From: an uncultured bacterium
Lineage (GTDB): Bacteria > Verrucomicrobiota > Verrucomicrobiia > Limisphaerales > UBA8199
Length of the DNA: 64,000 bases
Assembly (NCBI GenBank): GCA_963749495.1
Contig: CAVVMW010000029.1
Location: 1-64,000 of the forward strand
Direction: 5' to 3'
Numbering within the stretch: position 1 is the first letter of the stretch; each line of letters begins with the position of its first letter. Shown here in pieces: positions 22,670 to 32,716 of the stretch. The translations under genes were made by a program, and so were the position numbers. The notes beneath the pieces are model-generated. The model ran no database searches, was not told the DNA's origin, and saw only the letters and a program-made list of their open reading frames with translations.

Positions 22670-22799
22670 CTCACCTCCTTCAACGGAACGAGAATTATCC
22701 TATTCTCAGCCCGGTCGTAATATAGCCTAACTGAAAGCTCCCCTGGGCGAACCCAAGATCCCACCGGATGCGGTTGAGCAGCTCGTGAATGGGAATCAT
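22670..22799 (-). pseudogene. DUF504/MJ1316-like protein remnant (frameshifted, truncated)
   Basis: Manual translation MIPIHELLNRIRWD..GSFQLGY / YDRAENRIILVPL. Confidence 0.6.
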
Positions 22800-22809
22800 G
22801 CCCGCATAA

Positions 22810-23056
22810 TCACCACTGTTGCCCCAGATGCCACCCCTCCGATTCGAGGCCGTGGTTCAGCGGAAAGCCCCCGCTCATCCACGGCCCGCACGTTGAAACA
22901 GTCGGCCCGGGGGCACTCGGGCTTGCTTTCGATCTGGCACCAGCGGGCGAGCACTGCACCCACTTCCCTGGTCCGTCCTTCTCAGGCGAACCTAAGTGGC
23001 GTCTCATCCGCGTCGGCCCCGGCGCGGCATTCGACTTGAATTGGAATAAGCTTCAT
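22810..23056 (-). pseudogene. Decayed paralog of the 13756-14001 gene
   Basis: MKLIPIQVECRAGADADETPLRFA*EGR..EVGAVLARWCQIESKPECPRADCFNVR / HGLESEGWHLGQQW aligns end to end, with one stop and one frameshift. Confidence 0.85.
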
Positions 23057-23478
23057 CCCAAGAAGAAATCTGGCACCTCGCCTCTTTCCACCACATGCAC
23101 ATGCGTCCTTTCGTCCTTGCCGGAGACTTCCTCAAGTGCATGCAACAGCTTTTCCCTGTCCTCAGCCGCATTCTGGGCCTGCACGACCAAACGAAAACGG
23201 TTGAACTTGCCATCATCCCTGGCCTGCCTCCCCTCCCAAATGGCCTTCTCGAGCCGGGAGGGTCGGGAACCTGAAAGGCCCTCAACCGATTCGGAAGTCA
23301 CCACGACGAGGAGCCGGCCACCAATGCGCAGCTCGTAATCAACTGGACAGCTTTTGACGGCAGTGCTCCCGCGCCTGACCTCAACGTCCCTGAAGACCTC
23401 ATCCGGACAGGTGCAACCGAGGATCTCGCGGATGAATCTGGTGACCACGGGAACGCTGGCAGGTCTCTCGTTCTTCAT
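23053..23478 (-). CDS. Hypothetical protein
   Basis: Likely start MKNERP. Contains FIREILGCTCPDEVF and FNRFRLV; ATGA overlap with the downstream pseudogene. Confidence 0.6.
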   Translation of the reverse strand: MKNERPASVPVVTRFIREILGCTCPDEVFRDVEVRRGSTAVKSCPVDYELRIGGRLLVVVTSESVEGLSGSRPSRLEKAIWEGRQARDDGKFNRFRLVVQAQNAAEDREKLLHALEEVSGKDERTHVHVVERGEVPDFFLG

Positions 23479-23565
23479 GATCCAATGATGCACAAAGCCG
23501 GCCCAATGTCCCGGAGTTTTCCCTATGGACTTGAGCAAAGCGCTCCGTGGATGTAGAGGTTGATT

Positions 23566-24060
23566 ATGAACGGGAAGTTTTTGGATTTCAGGCCAATTCA
23601 GGGTGGCCTGCCGGGGAAGCCCCGGCGGCAGATGCGGTTTGTTCTTGTGAACTGGCAAGCCTCCTGCGGACCGGATCTCGAAATCCCGGTCATTGCTGAA
23701 CCGGAAATCGAGAACCGTACGGCGCTGGCCGTGAGCGCCGGTGAAGGGGATTGGCTCTGCGCCTGGTGCCTGAACCGTGTGGCGAATGAAAGGGATCGCT
23801 TTGCCTTCAACGGCAAGGACGAATACGCGTTTTCGAACCCGGAAGGGATTCGATTTGAGATCATCACCTTCTCCCGGACGCTGGGCTGTCGGCAGACGGG
23901 CGTGCCGACCCTTGAGCACACCTGGTTTCCCGGCCATGCCTGGTCCTATTGTCAGTGCGACCGTTGCGGCCAACATCTTGGCTGGTTTTACGTTGGAGAG
24001 CATGATTTCGCCGGCCTGATCAAGGACCGCATCGTTCGCGCGCTAGGCTTGCGCAATTAA
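23566..24060 (+). CDS. Bacterial cereblon (CULT/thalidomide-binding domain) family protein
   Basis: CAWC...CDRC zinc pairs, FSNPEG, and TWFPGHAWS..C..CGQHLGWFY aromatic cage motif. Confidence 0.88.
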   Translation: MNGKFLDFRPIQGGLPGKPRRQMRFVLVNWQASCGPDLEIPVIAEPEIENRTALAVSAGEGDWLCAWCLNRVANERDRFAFNGKDEYAFSNPEGIRFEIITFSRTLGCRQTGVPTLEHTWFPGHAWSYCQCDRCGQHLGWFYVGEHDFAGLIKDRIVRALGLRN

Positions 24061-24231
24061 GGAATCGATTATGCCGCTGCCGAGGACAAACAGAAAACAC
24101 TGCTCGCCTCCCGTTCCAAGATCGTGGCGGAGACCATCGGCAAGCCGGGGCAATACGTCCTGTCGTCGGCACCCAAACCAGCCAGGTTCAACGCGCCGAG
24201 AAAGCCGATCGGCATCGCACCTTTTCTCATG

Positions 24232-25614
24232 TTATCTGGTTTCATAGAGGCCAATATCCGGGGCCTGACCGTAGTAGTGCTCCACGAGCTTCGGATCACC
24301 CGAATCAATGCAGAGACTGCCAGGCTGGGGGCGAAAGTCCAAACGGGCGGCATCCACGAACCCGGGTTCACCTTGGATATTGTGGACACCCACTGGGTTG
24401 AAGCGCAAAGCCGTGCTTGAAGCCGTGCTCAACGTGCTGACAATGCAGTTGTAATCGAGCACGTTGCCTTGCGGTTGGTCGGCGGGCGCATCCGAGCCGG
24501 CAGCATCGAACCGGAACGCGGCTGGCTCGAGGATGATATTGTTGACAACCCTATTGTTGCGGCAGCCGCGACGGAACAAAAACACGCCTCCGCGCCTGTC
24601 TCGGTAGAAGATGTTGTTGAATACTCTGCAATCGGAGCCGCCCAGGATGACCGCGTCCTCCGCGTTCCCGCCGATAATATTGTGGGAGATCGTCAGCCGT
24701 TTTGGCTCGGTGTAGCCATGGATGCCCCAGCCCGCAGTGTTGAGCAGGATGTTTCGCCGGACCGTGACGTCGTTCGCCGGCAGGTAGATGGCGTGGTCGT
24801 GGGCTGTTTGGCCAAGGTCGTGAATGTAGTTGCCTTCGATCAGGAAGCCCCTGCCGCCGTGACCCATCTCCTTCACACCGCAGTGGCCGGTGTTCTCGAT
24901 CTCGTTGTCGAGCACGCGGCAGCCCAGTCCTCCGCCGCCGACGATCGAGATGCCGCTTTCGGAGTAGAGGTTCATTGGGAGCCGGTCGCGGACGCCGATC
25001 AGGTGCAGGCCGCTGATTTCCACGTGTGAGCCTGCGAGAGTGATGAGGGAGGGATAGTGCAGTTCTTTGCCGTCAGCGCCCACGGCCCCTTCCTTGCCGA
25101 GCCTTGCAATCCGGGCCTGCTGCTGGCTCACGAAGGTGTCATCGTAGGTGATGATGACCTCCTGGCTGGCGATGGCCCGCAGGGCCGCCGGTGACTGTTC
25201 GCTGGCTTTGGTCCTAATCTCGACCGGGCCGTAATAGGTCCCCGCCATGAGGTAAATGACCGTGCCCGGCTTGAGGTTGGCAGCGGCATGCGGCAGCGTC
25301 CTCCAGGGATGGTCCCTTGAGCCTTCGGCAGCGTCGTCGCCGTTAGGGCTGAGGTAGAAGACAGGGCCGCTGAGGCTGAAATGTTGGTCGGCAGGAACGC
25401 CTGGGATGTCGAGTTTCTTGATCCGTTCCCAGGCCGCGGCCATGAGTGGACGGGGCAGGTTGATGTGCCAGGGCTTGGCGAAAAGGCTGCCAGCGGAATC
25501 ACGAGACCCTGACGTGGGTGGAGTCTGATTCTGGGCCGGGGCTGGTGATGGGGACATCAGGAGGGCAAGGACCACTGTCAAAACCGGGAGGAGGGGCGGG
25601 AACACGGCTTTCAT
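24232..25614 (-). CDS. Secreted right-handed beta-helix protein (DUF1565/pectin lyase-like fold)
   Basis: Signal peptide, YLSPNGDDAAEGSRDHPWRT, repeated NxI strands, terminal PDIGLYE. Confidence 0.8.
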   Translation of the reverse strand: MKAVFPPLLPVLTVVLALLMSPSPAPAQNQTPPTSGSRDSAGSLFAKPWHINLPRPLMAAAWERIKKLDIPGVPADQHFSLSGPVFYLSPNGDDAAEGSRDHPWRTLPHAAANLKPGTVIYLMAGTYYGPVEIRTKASEQSPAALRAIASQEVIITYDDTFVSQQQARIARLGKEGAVGADGKELHYPSLITLAGSHVEISGLHLIGVRDRLPMNLYSESGISIVGGGGLGCRVLDNEIENTGHCGVKEMGHGGRGFLIEGNYIHDLGQTAHDHAIYLPANDVTVRRNILLNTAGWGIHGYTEPKRLTISHNIIGGNAEDAVILGGSDCRVFNNIFYRDRRGGVFLFRRGCRNNRVVNNIILEPAAFRFDAAGSDAPADQPQGNVLDYNCIVSTLSTASSTALRFNPVGVHNIQGEPGFVDAARLDFRPQPGSLCIDSGDPKLVEHYYGQAPDIGLYETR

Positions 25615-26696
25615 TGCCGGCTGATCAACAGTACGGGTTTGATGGTCTGCCCTCGCTTGGAGTCCGCGATGGCCCGGTTGATCTCGGTAAAGTTGTAGAA
25701 CCTTACCAAGCGGTCGAAAGGGAAACGCCCACTCCGGAACAGCCTGATGAGTCTCGGAATGAACTTCTGGGGCACAGCATCGCCCTGAATGACGCTCAGG
25801 ACTTCGCGACCGTCCGGGAGCCTAGCCGGTGCTCTTGCCCCGCTCAGCCAGGCCGCCTTTCCACCTGGATTCAGCAGTTCAACTGCAAGCCGCTCCATGG
25901 CGCTGTCGGCGGTGCTCTCCACCACGTAATCCACACCGCCGCCTGTAATTGCCGCAATCCTCGGGCCAAGGCTGCCCCGACGGTTGTTGATGGAGTGAGT
26001 CGCACCCAATTCCCGGGCAAGTTTCAACCGGCGACTATGGATGTCCACCGCGATAATGGTCTTGGCCCTGACAATGCGCGCGGCCATCACCGCGGCCAGG
26101 CCGACCGAGCCGACGCCAAAAACGGCGATGCTGGCTCCGGCCCGCACTCTCAGCGAGTTCATCACCGTGCCGGCCCCGGTCTGCAGGCCGCAACCCAAGG
26201 GCGCCAACAGTCTCAGCGGAAGCGTTCGGGGCACTTTGACTACATTGCGCACCGTTGCCAGGGTGTGTGTGGCAAACGAGGACTGGCCGAAAAAGTGACC
26301 GCGCACGCCGCCTTGCAGGGCGTTGGTCCCGTCGAGACGGGCGAAACCGAAGTTGGCTTCCCAAAACCGCTCGCAGCCGGCCGGGCGCCCGTGCCGGCAA
26401 GGTCTGCACTGGCCGCAAGATTGATAGGAGAGCACCACGTAGTCGCCGGGCCTGAATCCGTTCACCTTTCTGCCGACTCGCTCCACGACGCCGGAGCCCT
26501 CATGCCCCAGCACGACCGGGCCGGAACCCCCCAAGAAATCAATGTCGGTGTGGCAGATCCCGCTGGCCACGATGCGCACCAGCAACTCATCCTCGCGCGG
26601 GCCTTCCATTTCCAAGCGCTCGATCTTCAGCGGTGCGCCTGGCTCGCGCAGCACGGCCGCTCGGATCGGAATGAAAGAAGGGATCGGCTGTTTCAT
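25611..26696 (-). CDS. Zn-dependent NAD(P) alcohol dehydrogenase (aryl-alcohol dehydrogenase-like)
   Basis: GICHTD, GHEGSG, CGQCRPC...C, LGCGLQTGAG, GVGSVG. Confidence 0.92.
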   Translation of the reverse strand: MKQPIPSFIPIRAAVLREPGAPLKIERLEMEGPREDELLVRIVASGICHTDIDFLGGSGPVVLGHEGSGVVERVGRKVNGFRPGDYVVLSYQSCGQCRPCRHGRPAGCERFWEANFGFARLDGTNALQGGVRGHFFGQSSFATHTLATVRNVVKVPRTLPLRLLAPLGCGLQTGAGTVMNSLRVRAGASIAVFGVGSVGLAAVMAARIVRAKTIIAVDIHSRRLKLARELGATHSINNRRGSLGPRIAAITGGGVDYVVESTADSAMERLAVELLNPGGKAAWLSGARAPARLPDGREVLSVIQGDAVPQKFIPRLIRLFRSGRFPFDRLVRFYNFTEINRAIADSKRGQTIKPVLLISRQ

Positions 26697-26709
26697 GCAT
26701 TCGCCCCAC

Positions 26710-28329
26710 TCATGGCTGAGTTGCTCCTGATGCCATTCTTTTGCAGGCGGCCTCCAATCCCTGGAGCAACCGCAGCGTGTTGGATTCCTCTCCGGCAAGC
26801 TTGCGGGCAACGTATTGGAAGGGCGTCTCGCCCGGCAGGGGCTTGGGCGGGGCGAAGGGATCGAATCGGGTGTCCAGCACGGCATTGACCTCAGGGGCGT
26901 TCAACTTTCGCAGCACTTCGTCCAGGTTTGGCCACCACCAGGTGTTCTCGTACCCGTGCTGATGCTGCCATGCTTTTGCCGCCGCAACGAATTGTCCCAG
27001 CGGTTCAGTGGCCGGGGCGCCGCGCTCGACCGCCGCGCGCAACGATTCGAATCCCGCGCGCACGCGCAGCATCATGGCCAGGTCGTTGATGAAACGGCGC
27101 GGGTTGCCAAAGAGCAGGCCCTTGAGAGGGCCGGGCTTGAGCCGCCGCGCCGGGAGTCGGGCCAACTCGGCGCCGCACGCGCGCATTGCCGCCGGGTCGC
27201 TGCCGGCCAGGGCCTTCCAGGCGCGCACGATGGCTTCACCCAGCCCGGGAATCAGGTCTTCGGCGAAGGCAACGTAGCTGGCCTCGGTGACCGGCTTTCC
27301 AGCGGCGCCCCGGGCAAAAGCAAAGGTATTGGGAAGCTGGATGCAGTGGGTCTGGGCATTGCCCATCACGCCGCGCGGCCCCGGCTGCGCTCCACCCTCG
27401 TAGGCGGTCTTCCCACCAAAGTTGGACATGGGAAAAGAGGGCTCGCCTTCGATCCGGCCATAGTTGAAGCTGACGACCCGCTCCGCAATCCCTGCTTTCT
27501 TTGCAAATTCCAGGCCGTTGGCGATGCCCCAAGGCTCCGGGTTCAGGGCTTTCAACCGCATCAGCACGTCCGTCTGTTCGGCTTCGGTGGAAAAGGACAG
27601 CTTGCCCGTTTCGTAAAAGCGGCCGTAGCCCAGCCAGCCGACGTGCATCCAGTAGTACAGTTCGATCCCCGGCCGCAGGCGGTCCAGCAGCTTGCGATGC
27701 GCCATCAGCAGGTTCACGAATTGCTCGTTGCTGGAGCCGGGGTAGCCGCCCGGGTCGCTGTCAATAATCGCCACACCGTCCATGTTCTTGAGCGGGGCCA
27801 GCAGCCTGCCCCTCCGCTCGAGTAGGCGCTCCATCGCGGCCGGGTCGCCCGGGTCCACGCGGGTGTCGCAGTAGAAGAAGTGCCGTTCCTGAAAGGAGAC
27901 CTTCGCGGCGGCCTCATCTTTGGCAATCACATTCGGGCAAAGAGCGATGCAAGCGCGCATGCCGAACTGGCTGTGCAGCATGTCAATGACCCGCGCGATC
28001 TTGCGAAGATGGGCGCGGTCGCTGGCCGTCGGCGGTTCGGGCATGGTCTCGATGACCGGCCAGATGAGCACGGCATTGTAGCCAAGCCGCCGGAGCCCGT
28101 CGGCATAACCGCGCCAGTCCCCGAGCGTCCAGGTGCGCGCGGCGTAGGGATGGTGATAGGGCCAGTGCTGATGCACGTACATTCCAACGAGCTTCTCGCG
28201 CGCCTCGCCTCCCTGCGCAGGGCTGCACGGTGCCAGGATGAGCGCCGCCCCTAGCAGGCCGATCGCGCCAGCAGCCAGCTTTTTCCAGAAGGTCTCTGTA
28301 TTGCGTGATTCTCTGCTGGTCGCTCGCAT
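26710..28329 (-). CDS. Secreted hypothetical protein, possibly glycoside-hydrolase-like
   Basis: 539-aa ORF with signal-like segment; GMYVHQHWPY, LGYNAVLIWP, IIDSDPGG. Confidence 0.6.
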   Translation of the reverse strand: MRATSRESRNTETFWKKLAAGAIGLLGAALILAPCSPAQGGEAREKLVGMYVHQHWPYHHPYAARTWTLGDWRGYADGLRRLGYNAVLIWPVIETMPEPPTASDRAHLRKIARVIDMLHSQFGMRACIALCPNVIAKDEAAAKVSFQERHFFYCDTRVDPGDPAAMERLLERRGRLLAPLKNMDGVAIIDSDPGGYPGSSNEQFVNLLMAHRKLLDRLRPGIELYYWMHVGWLGYGRFYETGKLSFSTEAEQTDVLMRLKALNPEPWGIANGLEFAKKAGIAERVVSFNYGRIEGEPSFPMSNFGGKTAYEGGAQPGPRGVMGNAQTHCIQLPNTFAFARGAAGKPVTEASYVAFAEDLIPGLGEAIVRAWKALAGSDPAAMRACGAELARLPARRLKPGPLKGLLFGNPRRFINDLAMMLRVRAGFESLRAAVERGAPATEPLGQFVAAAKAWQHQHGYENTWWWPNLDEVLRKLNAPEVNAVLDTRFDPFAPPKPLPGETPFQYVARKLAGEESNTLRLLQGLEAACKRMASGATQP

Positions 28330-28460
28330 TTGTCCGGGCTGGTTGAGTGTGATGAGCAGGGTCCCAGAAACGGCAGTTGCCTTCGAGGAAAATTTTCCTC
28401 GACAGTCTCAATCACGGTTTAAGAGGGAGTTCAAGGGGAATCCGCTGCTGCTGTCGCACG

Positions 28461-29480
28461 TTACTCGAACAACACTACGTCATTCCCCCCAAGTTCGACT
28501 GCGCACCGGACTACGCTGCCATAGCCCTCGGCGGCAACGTTCGATGGCGCTGCCTCGATCGTGAACTCCAGCGGTCCCTTCTCCAAGGACCGCACCTTTT
28601 GCGGTGCCTTTTTAACGGGCAGCCCAATGCCCAGGCGCGAAATCCTCTGGTAAGTGAAGTTGGCCAGCACCAAGGCCTCTCCCTGGGGCGATTCGAACAC
28701 GCCCGACTCTACCACGGGATGCGATAACTCGACCAACCGCGGCGCCCCGCTCGCGCGGGCGGCGGTATTGATGAACCGGCGCTGGCGGGCCGGCCATTTC
28801 TCCTGCAAGCCGTCGAGCAGGAAATGCGCATCCTTGGCGTAGGACAGCGCTGGGCAAGTCGCCGCATACACCGCAGCGCCTTTCCCGCATCGGTTCGTCA
28901 GCACGGCCGGTGTGCCATCATTGAAAGTGCCTGTCGCCTTGGCCCCGGCCTGGCTGACCTTCACCTTGAGGCCAAGGGCGCCGAACGCTTCCCGATCCGG
29001 GGCCAACGTGACCTGATCCAACCAGGGTAAATCGTTCAACCCTCCGCGCAGATCAAAACGGCCAGGCTGCACCTGTGCTTCCACTCGTGGCGAGAGGCCA
29101 AACACGTCGGCCAACCCGGCCTGTTCCTCGCCAAACTCATCCCGACTGGCCGCCGCGCACGAGCCATAGAGCCAGCCCCCGTCGGCAACCCAGCGGCGAA
29201 TCGCAGCGCAGGCCGCGGCGGACACACACGGGTCGGCCACATAGAGCACCTTGTAATCGCCCAGTCTTCCCTGCTCCACGTCCCCTTCTGTGAGCAAGTC
29301 CACCAGGTACTGGTCGTGGATGAGCGAAAAATAGGTCAGCCGCCGGGCGGTCATCTGGCTGGCTGTCTCCAGCGAGTCGGCGTCCGCGCGCAAGGCGGGC
29401 GACACCAGAAAGCTTGTCAGGAGAAAGCAGGGCAGGAGGATGCGACAAAGCAAGCAGATGAACGAGCCGAGCAGCTTCAT
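28461..29480 (-). pseudogene. Chimera of a signal peptide and a beta-galactosidase trimerisation-like C-terminal domain
   Basis: VDLLTEGDV..LGDYKVLYV..IRRWVADGG..DEFG. No catalytic barrel between the signal peptide and this domain. Confidence 0.6.
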
Positions 29481-29574
29481 GGCTCGACTTTATCGCGCCT
29501 ACTCCTGCTGAAAGCAAGAAAGCAAACCGCAGTTCAATGACCGCCCATCGGTGAAGTTGCCCTTGGGTCGAACA

Positions 29575-30753
29575 CTATTCGGCGGGCCGACAACGGATTC
29601 GCGCGAGGTAGATCGAAGCCTTGCCCTCGTGCGAGGCGTAGTAACTCATCCACAACTGGCTGTCCTGCCAAGCCAAGCCGGGGTAGCTTGTATCCCCGCC
29701 GCTCGGCAGCGTCAGCAGGGGGGTGGCGTTGGTAGCGGTGAGCAGGCCGCAGACCGTCCTGGCCCCGGCCGGATAGTCGCGTCCAGCGTAGAACATCGCG
29801 CCATTCGGCAGCACCAAGAAGTTGGGGCCTTGGGCGGCGTGGCCGGTATCTGCCCATCGCCAAGCGGTGTAGGGCGGCCGGCTGGTGCCCACGAACGCAT
29901 GATGGTCGGACTGCTCGCCCCGCGCCAAGGCGACCATCGTGTCGTCAGCCAGGAATCGAAGCGTCGTCTCGTCCGGCCAGCAGCCCGGCGGCACGGGCGG
30001 TGTAGCCACGCGTTCGTAGTTTACTCCATCGGTCGTGCGCCACAGCGTGAGCGAGGCATCCTGGGCTGGAACCAGGAAGGTGTAGCCAAAGCCATAGCCC
30101 GCGCCCTTGTGCCAGGTCACGCGCCAGAGCCATTCGCCTTCTACGGAAACGGGCACGGGGGCTGTCCACGCCCGGCCATCTGCGGAAAACGACACCCGGG
30201 TCCGCGCGCCGACAAAGGAGCGGTCCTGGGGTCCTTCTTCGCCCGCGTAGGTCGAGCCGCCCATTAGCAGCATCAGCCGGTTGTCGGGCCTCACGGAGAT
30301 TTTCGGATCGCGCAAGTCGACGCCGGGCTCCCGCACCAGGGAGGCGCTCTCCCAGGTTCCGCCGTCGGCGCTGCGCAATACGCGGATGGCGCCGTTGGTT
30401 CCGGGAATGTGTCCGCTGCCTTCGCGGAAGACACAGAACCATTCCCCGCGGTATCGGAGCAAGTCCGTGAAGGCATTGTGCGGCGCGGCGTCCCAAATCT
30501 TCCGTGATTCGATGAGTTCGGCCGTCGGTAAGGCGGACGGCGCAACCGAGCCAGAGGCGAGCGCCCGTTCACCGTCAGGCGGCTGCACCGACCCTGCCCG
30601 CGCCTCTTCGCCCAGCGGCGCGGCAGTGGCGCCACCCCAGGGATTCTGAGCCTCCGCCAAACCAAATATGGACATTGCGACAACCGAGCTGAGAAACAAC
30701 TGCTTTTTCCCACTCAGCCGGGGAGGGAGGATCGTTCCGCTCGGGCGCTTCAT
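29575..30753 (-). CDS. Secreted sialidase-like (BNR/Asp-box) beta-propeller protein
   Basis: HNAFTDL, FREGSGH, SADGGTW, DLRDPK, SADGRAW, TTDGVNY, GDTSYPG. Confidence 0.8.
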   Translation of the reverse strand: MKRPSGTILPPRLSGKKQLFLSSVVAMSIFGLAEAQNPWGGATAAPLGEEARAGSVQPPDGERALASGSVAPSALPTAELIESRKIWDAAPHNAFTDLLRYRGEWFCVFREGSGHIPGTNGAIRVLRSADGGTWESASLVREPGVDLRDPKISVRPDNRLMLLMGGSTYAGEEGPQDRSFVGARTRVSFSADGRAWTAPVPVSVEGEWLWRVTWHKGAGYGFGYTFLVPAQDASLTLWRTTDGVNYERVATPPVPPGCWPDETTLRFLADDTMVALARGEQSDHHAFVGTSRPPYTAWRWADTGHAAQGPNFLVLPNGAMFYAGRDYPAGARTVCGLLTATNATPLLTLPSGGDTSYPGLAWQDSQLWMSYYASHEGKASIYLARIRCRPAE

Positions 30754-31149
30754 CGCCGGTCATTCTCCTGCTTTTCCGATCCGGGGCAAGCCCCGTCTCA
30801 AGGCACCGCGGGGCGCAAAACTGAATGGTTAGGGCTTCGGCAGGGCCTTCAGGCTCAGGTTCCGTATCTGGAGGTCCACGTCAAAAATCCCGGGGACTTC
30901 CCAACCAATGAAAATGCCCAACGGACGATAGTCGGCGAGTTCCTGCGAGCCCCTAATGAATCCTTTGCGCCGAGCGTCTGAGATGAAGACAGGCGCTCGC
31001 CCGGCTGCAAGGGGAACCTGCTTGACCATTTCGAGAACTTCCGGTTCGAGAATTACCACAGCGTCTGCCTGTACATCACTGGACGAAGCCACGACCTGCC
31101 GTTCAAGCGCGTCCGGGAGACGATTACTCTCAGGACCTGCGCGACCTCT

Positions 31150-31530
31150 ACGCGGAAAAGGACGTCCTGCCTCTATACGACGTCATCAATCTGCACACCT
31201 ACGCTTCCGTCGAGCGAAGAAACACCTCCGAAAGTCCTTGGAACCGCAGCTTCCCGGAAGACCCGGCCATTGCCTACCTTAAAGTCGTGGACGAGGCGAT
31301 TGCCTGACGCGACGCCCGCGCCCCCCGCAAGGAGATTTGGGTCACCGAGTTTGGCTATGACGCCTGCACGCCGGAGGCCATGAAGCGGCGCGGTGGCTGG
31401 TTCCTGAACCTGGACTGGCAGGGCGTCACCGACCTCCAGCAGGCGCAGTATCTGGTCCGCTCCTTTCTTGCCTTCGCGGGGCGCGACGTCCAGCGCGCCT
31501 ATATCTACTTTTACGACGACCGCGAGGACT
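31150..31530 (+). pseudogene. Glycoside hydrolase (clan A-like) internal fragment with frameshift and stop
   Basis: YDVINLHTY / PEDPAIAYLKVVDEAIA*RD..KEIWVTEFGYD..QAQYLVRSFL. Confidence 0.6.
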
Positions 31531-31620
31531 GCGCTTACGTACGCCTGCTCGAATCCGCCATTGCCAGAGTGGAAGCCTCGCCACGTCCGGGAAGTCCATC
31601 AAATTCGCCAATCCGAGGGT

Positions 31621-32520
31621 TTATCGAGGCGCTGTGATCTCGTACCAAAGCGTTCTGCTCTGCGGCCCGATGGAGAAGGCTGCGTTGCCGTGGGCGTCCG
31701 CCTGCACGGGTAGTGGTGTCTTGCGCCGCCCGCGTTCGTCCAGCGCCCACGCCTCCACGCGATGGGCAGGCAACGGCAGGGTGATTCGGGCGGGGATCCC
31801 TTCGACAAGCGACGGGGCCTCGCCCCAATCCTTCCCAACGCTGGTCTTCTCCGGGTTCTTCCACCCCATCCTTGTGTTCTCGACGTAGCCCGTCGCAGTG
31901 ATCAGCCAGCGGGAAGGCAGGGCGTTCGCGTCGTCCTCCATCACCGTCACCGTGATCGCACTCCATCCATCCTGCAAGGTTGGCCCCGGCTCGATAACCA
32001 CCCCGCCCAGGTCGAACCGCCTGCCGGCGCCGTAGCCGATGACGGCTTTGCTCCGAGGGGCGTTCAGGGTAACGACTCCCCGCTCCTTCCGGCTCAGGTC
32101 CCACGCCAACTAGACAATGTTGATGCCGAACTTGGCCATGCGCGCCGCGAGCTTCCCGGCATCGTCCTTGCGAGGGAAATTGGCGCTGAACGCCAGGTCC
32201 ACGCCAAAGAAGCGAATGCGGTCCTTACCGGCGTATAAGTGCCCATCGTCTCCGGCGCGAATGTGGCCGAACTTGCCCGCAGGCTTGTGCAACAAGCCGC
32301 TCAGGTTGGCCACGCTCGGCGTTGCATCGTCCCAGGGCAGCACGAAGGGGAACAACCGTGGCCCCGTTGTCCCCGGCAGCACTGCCTCCTCGGCGGAGTG
32401 CGCCAGCCCCTGTTCTCCCGAGGCGAGCAAATTTCCCCCAAACGCCGCAAACGGAAGCCGGACGGCCAACAAGCAGCACGCCGTTGAACTGGCGAATGTG
32501 GAAGTCAAATCGTATTTCAC
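31621..32520 (-). pseudogene. Secreted carbohydrate-active protein with its central part deleted
   Basis: N-terminal FPFVLPWDD..RIRFFGV..ARMAKFGINIV* directly abuts a C-terminal part WDLSRKERGVVTLNAP..TLWYEI. Confidence 0.65.
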
Positions 32521-32716
32521 GCGAGGTTTTTAGCAGCGATCCTGAGCAGAAAGAAGTGCAATTCGAACAAATGCCGAATTCAGGTTCTTTTCCAGCTTCG
32601 GCTGATTTTTTCCCCACCTTCACCTGTGCGGCCCCTCAGCGTCAAATGCGAGTTGCGCATCGCGAGCGGCTTGACTAGATTCGGGTAAGTTACGCACAAC
32701 CCGTATTAGAGCGAGC

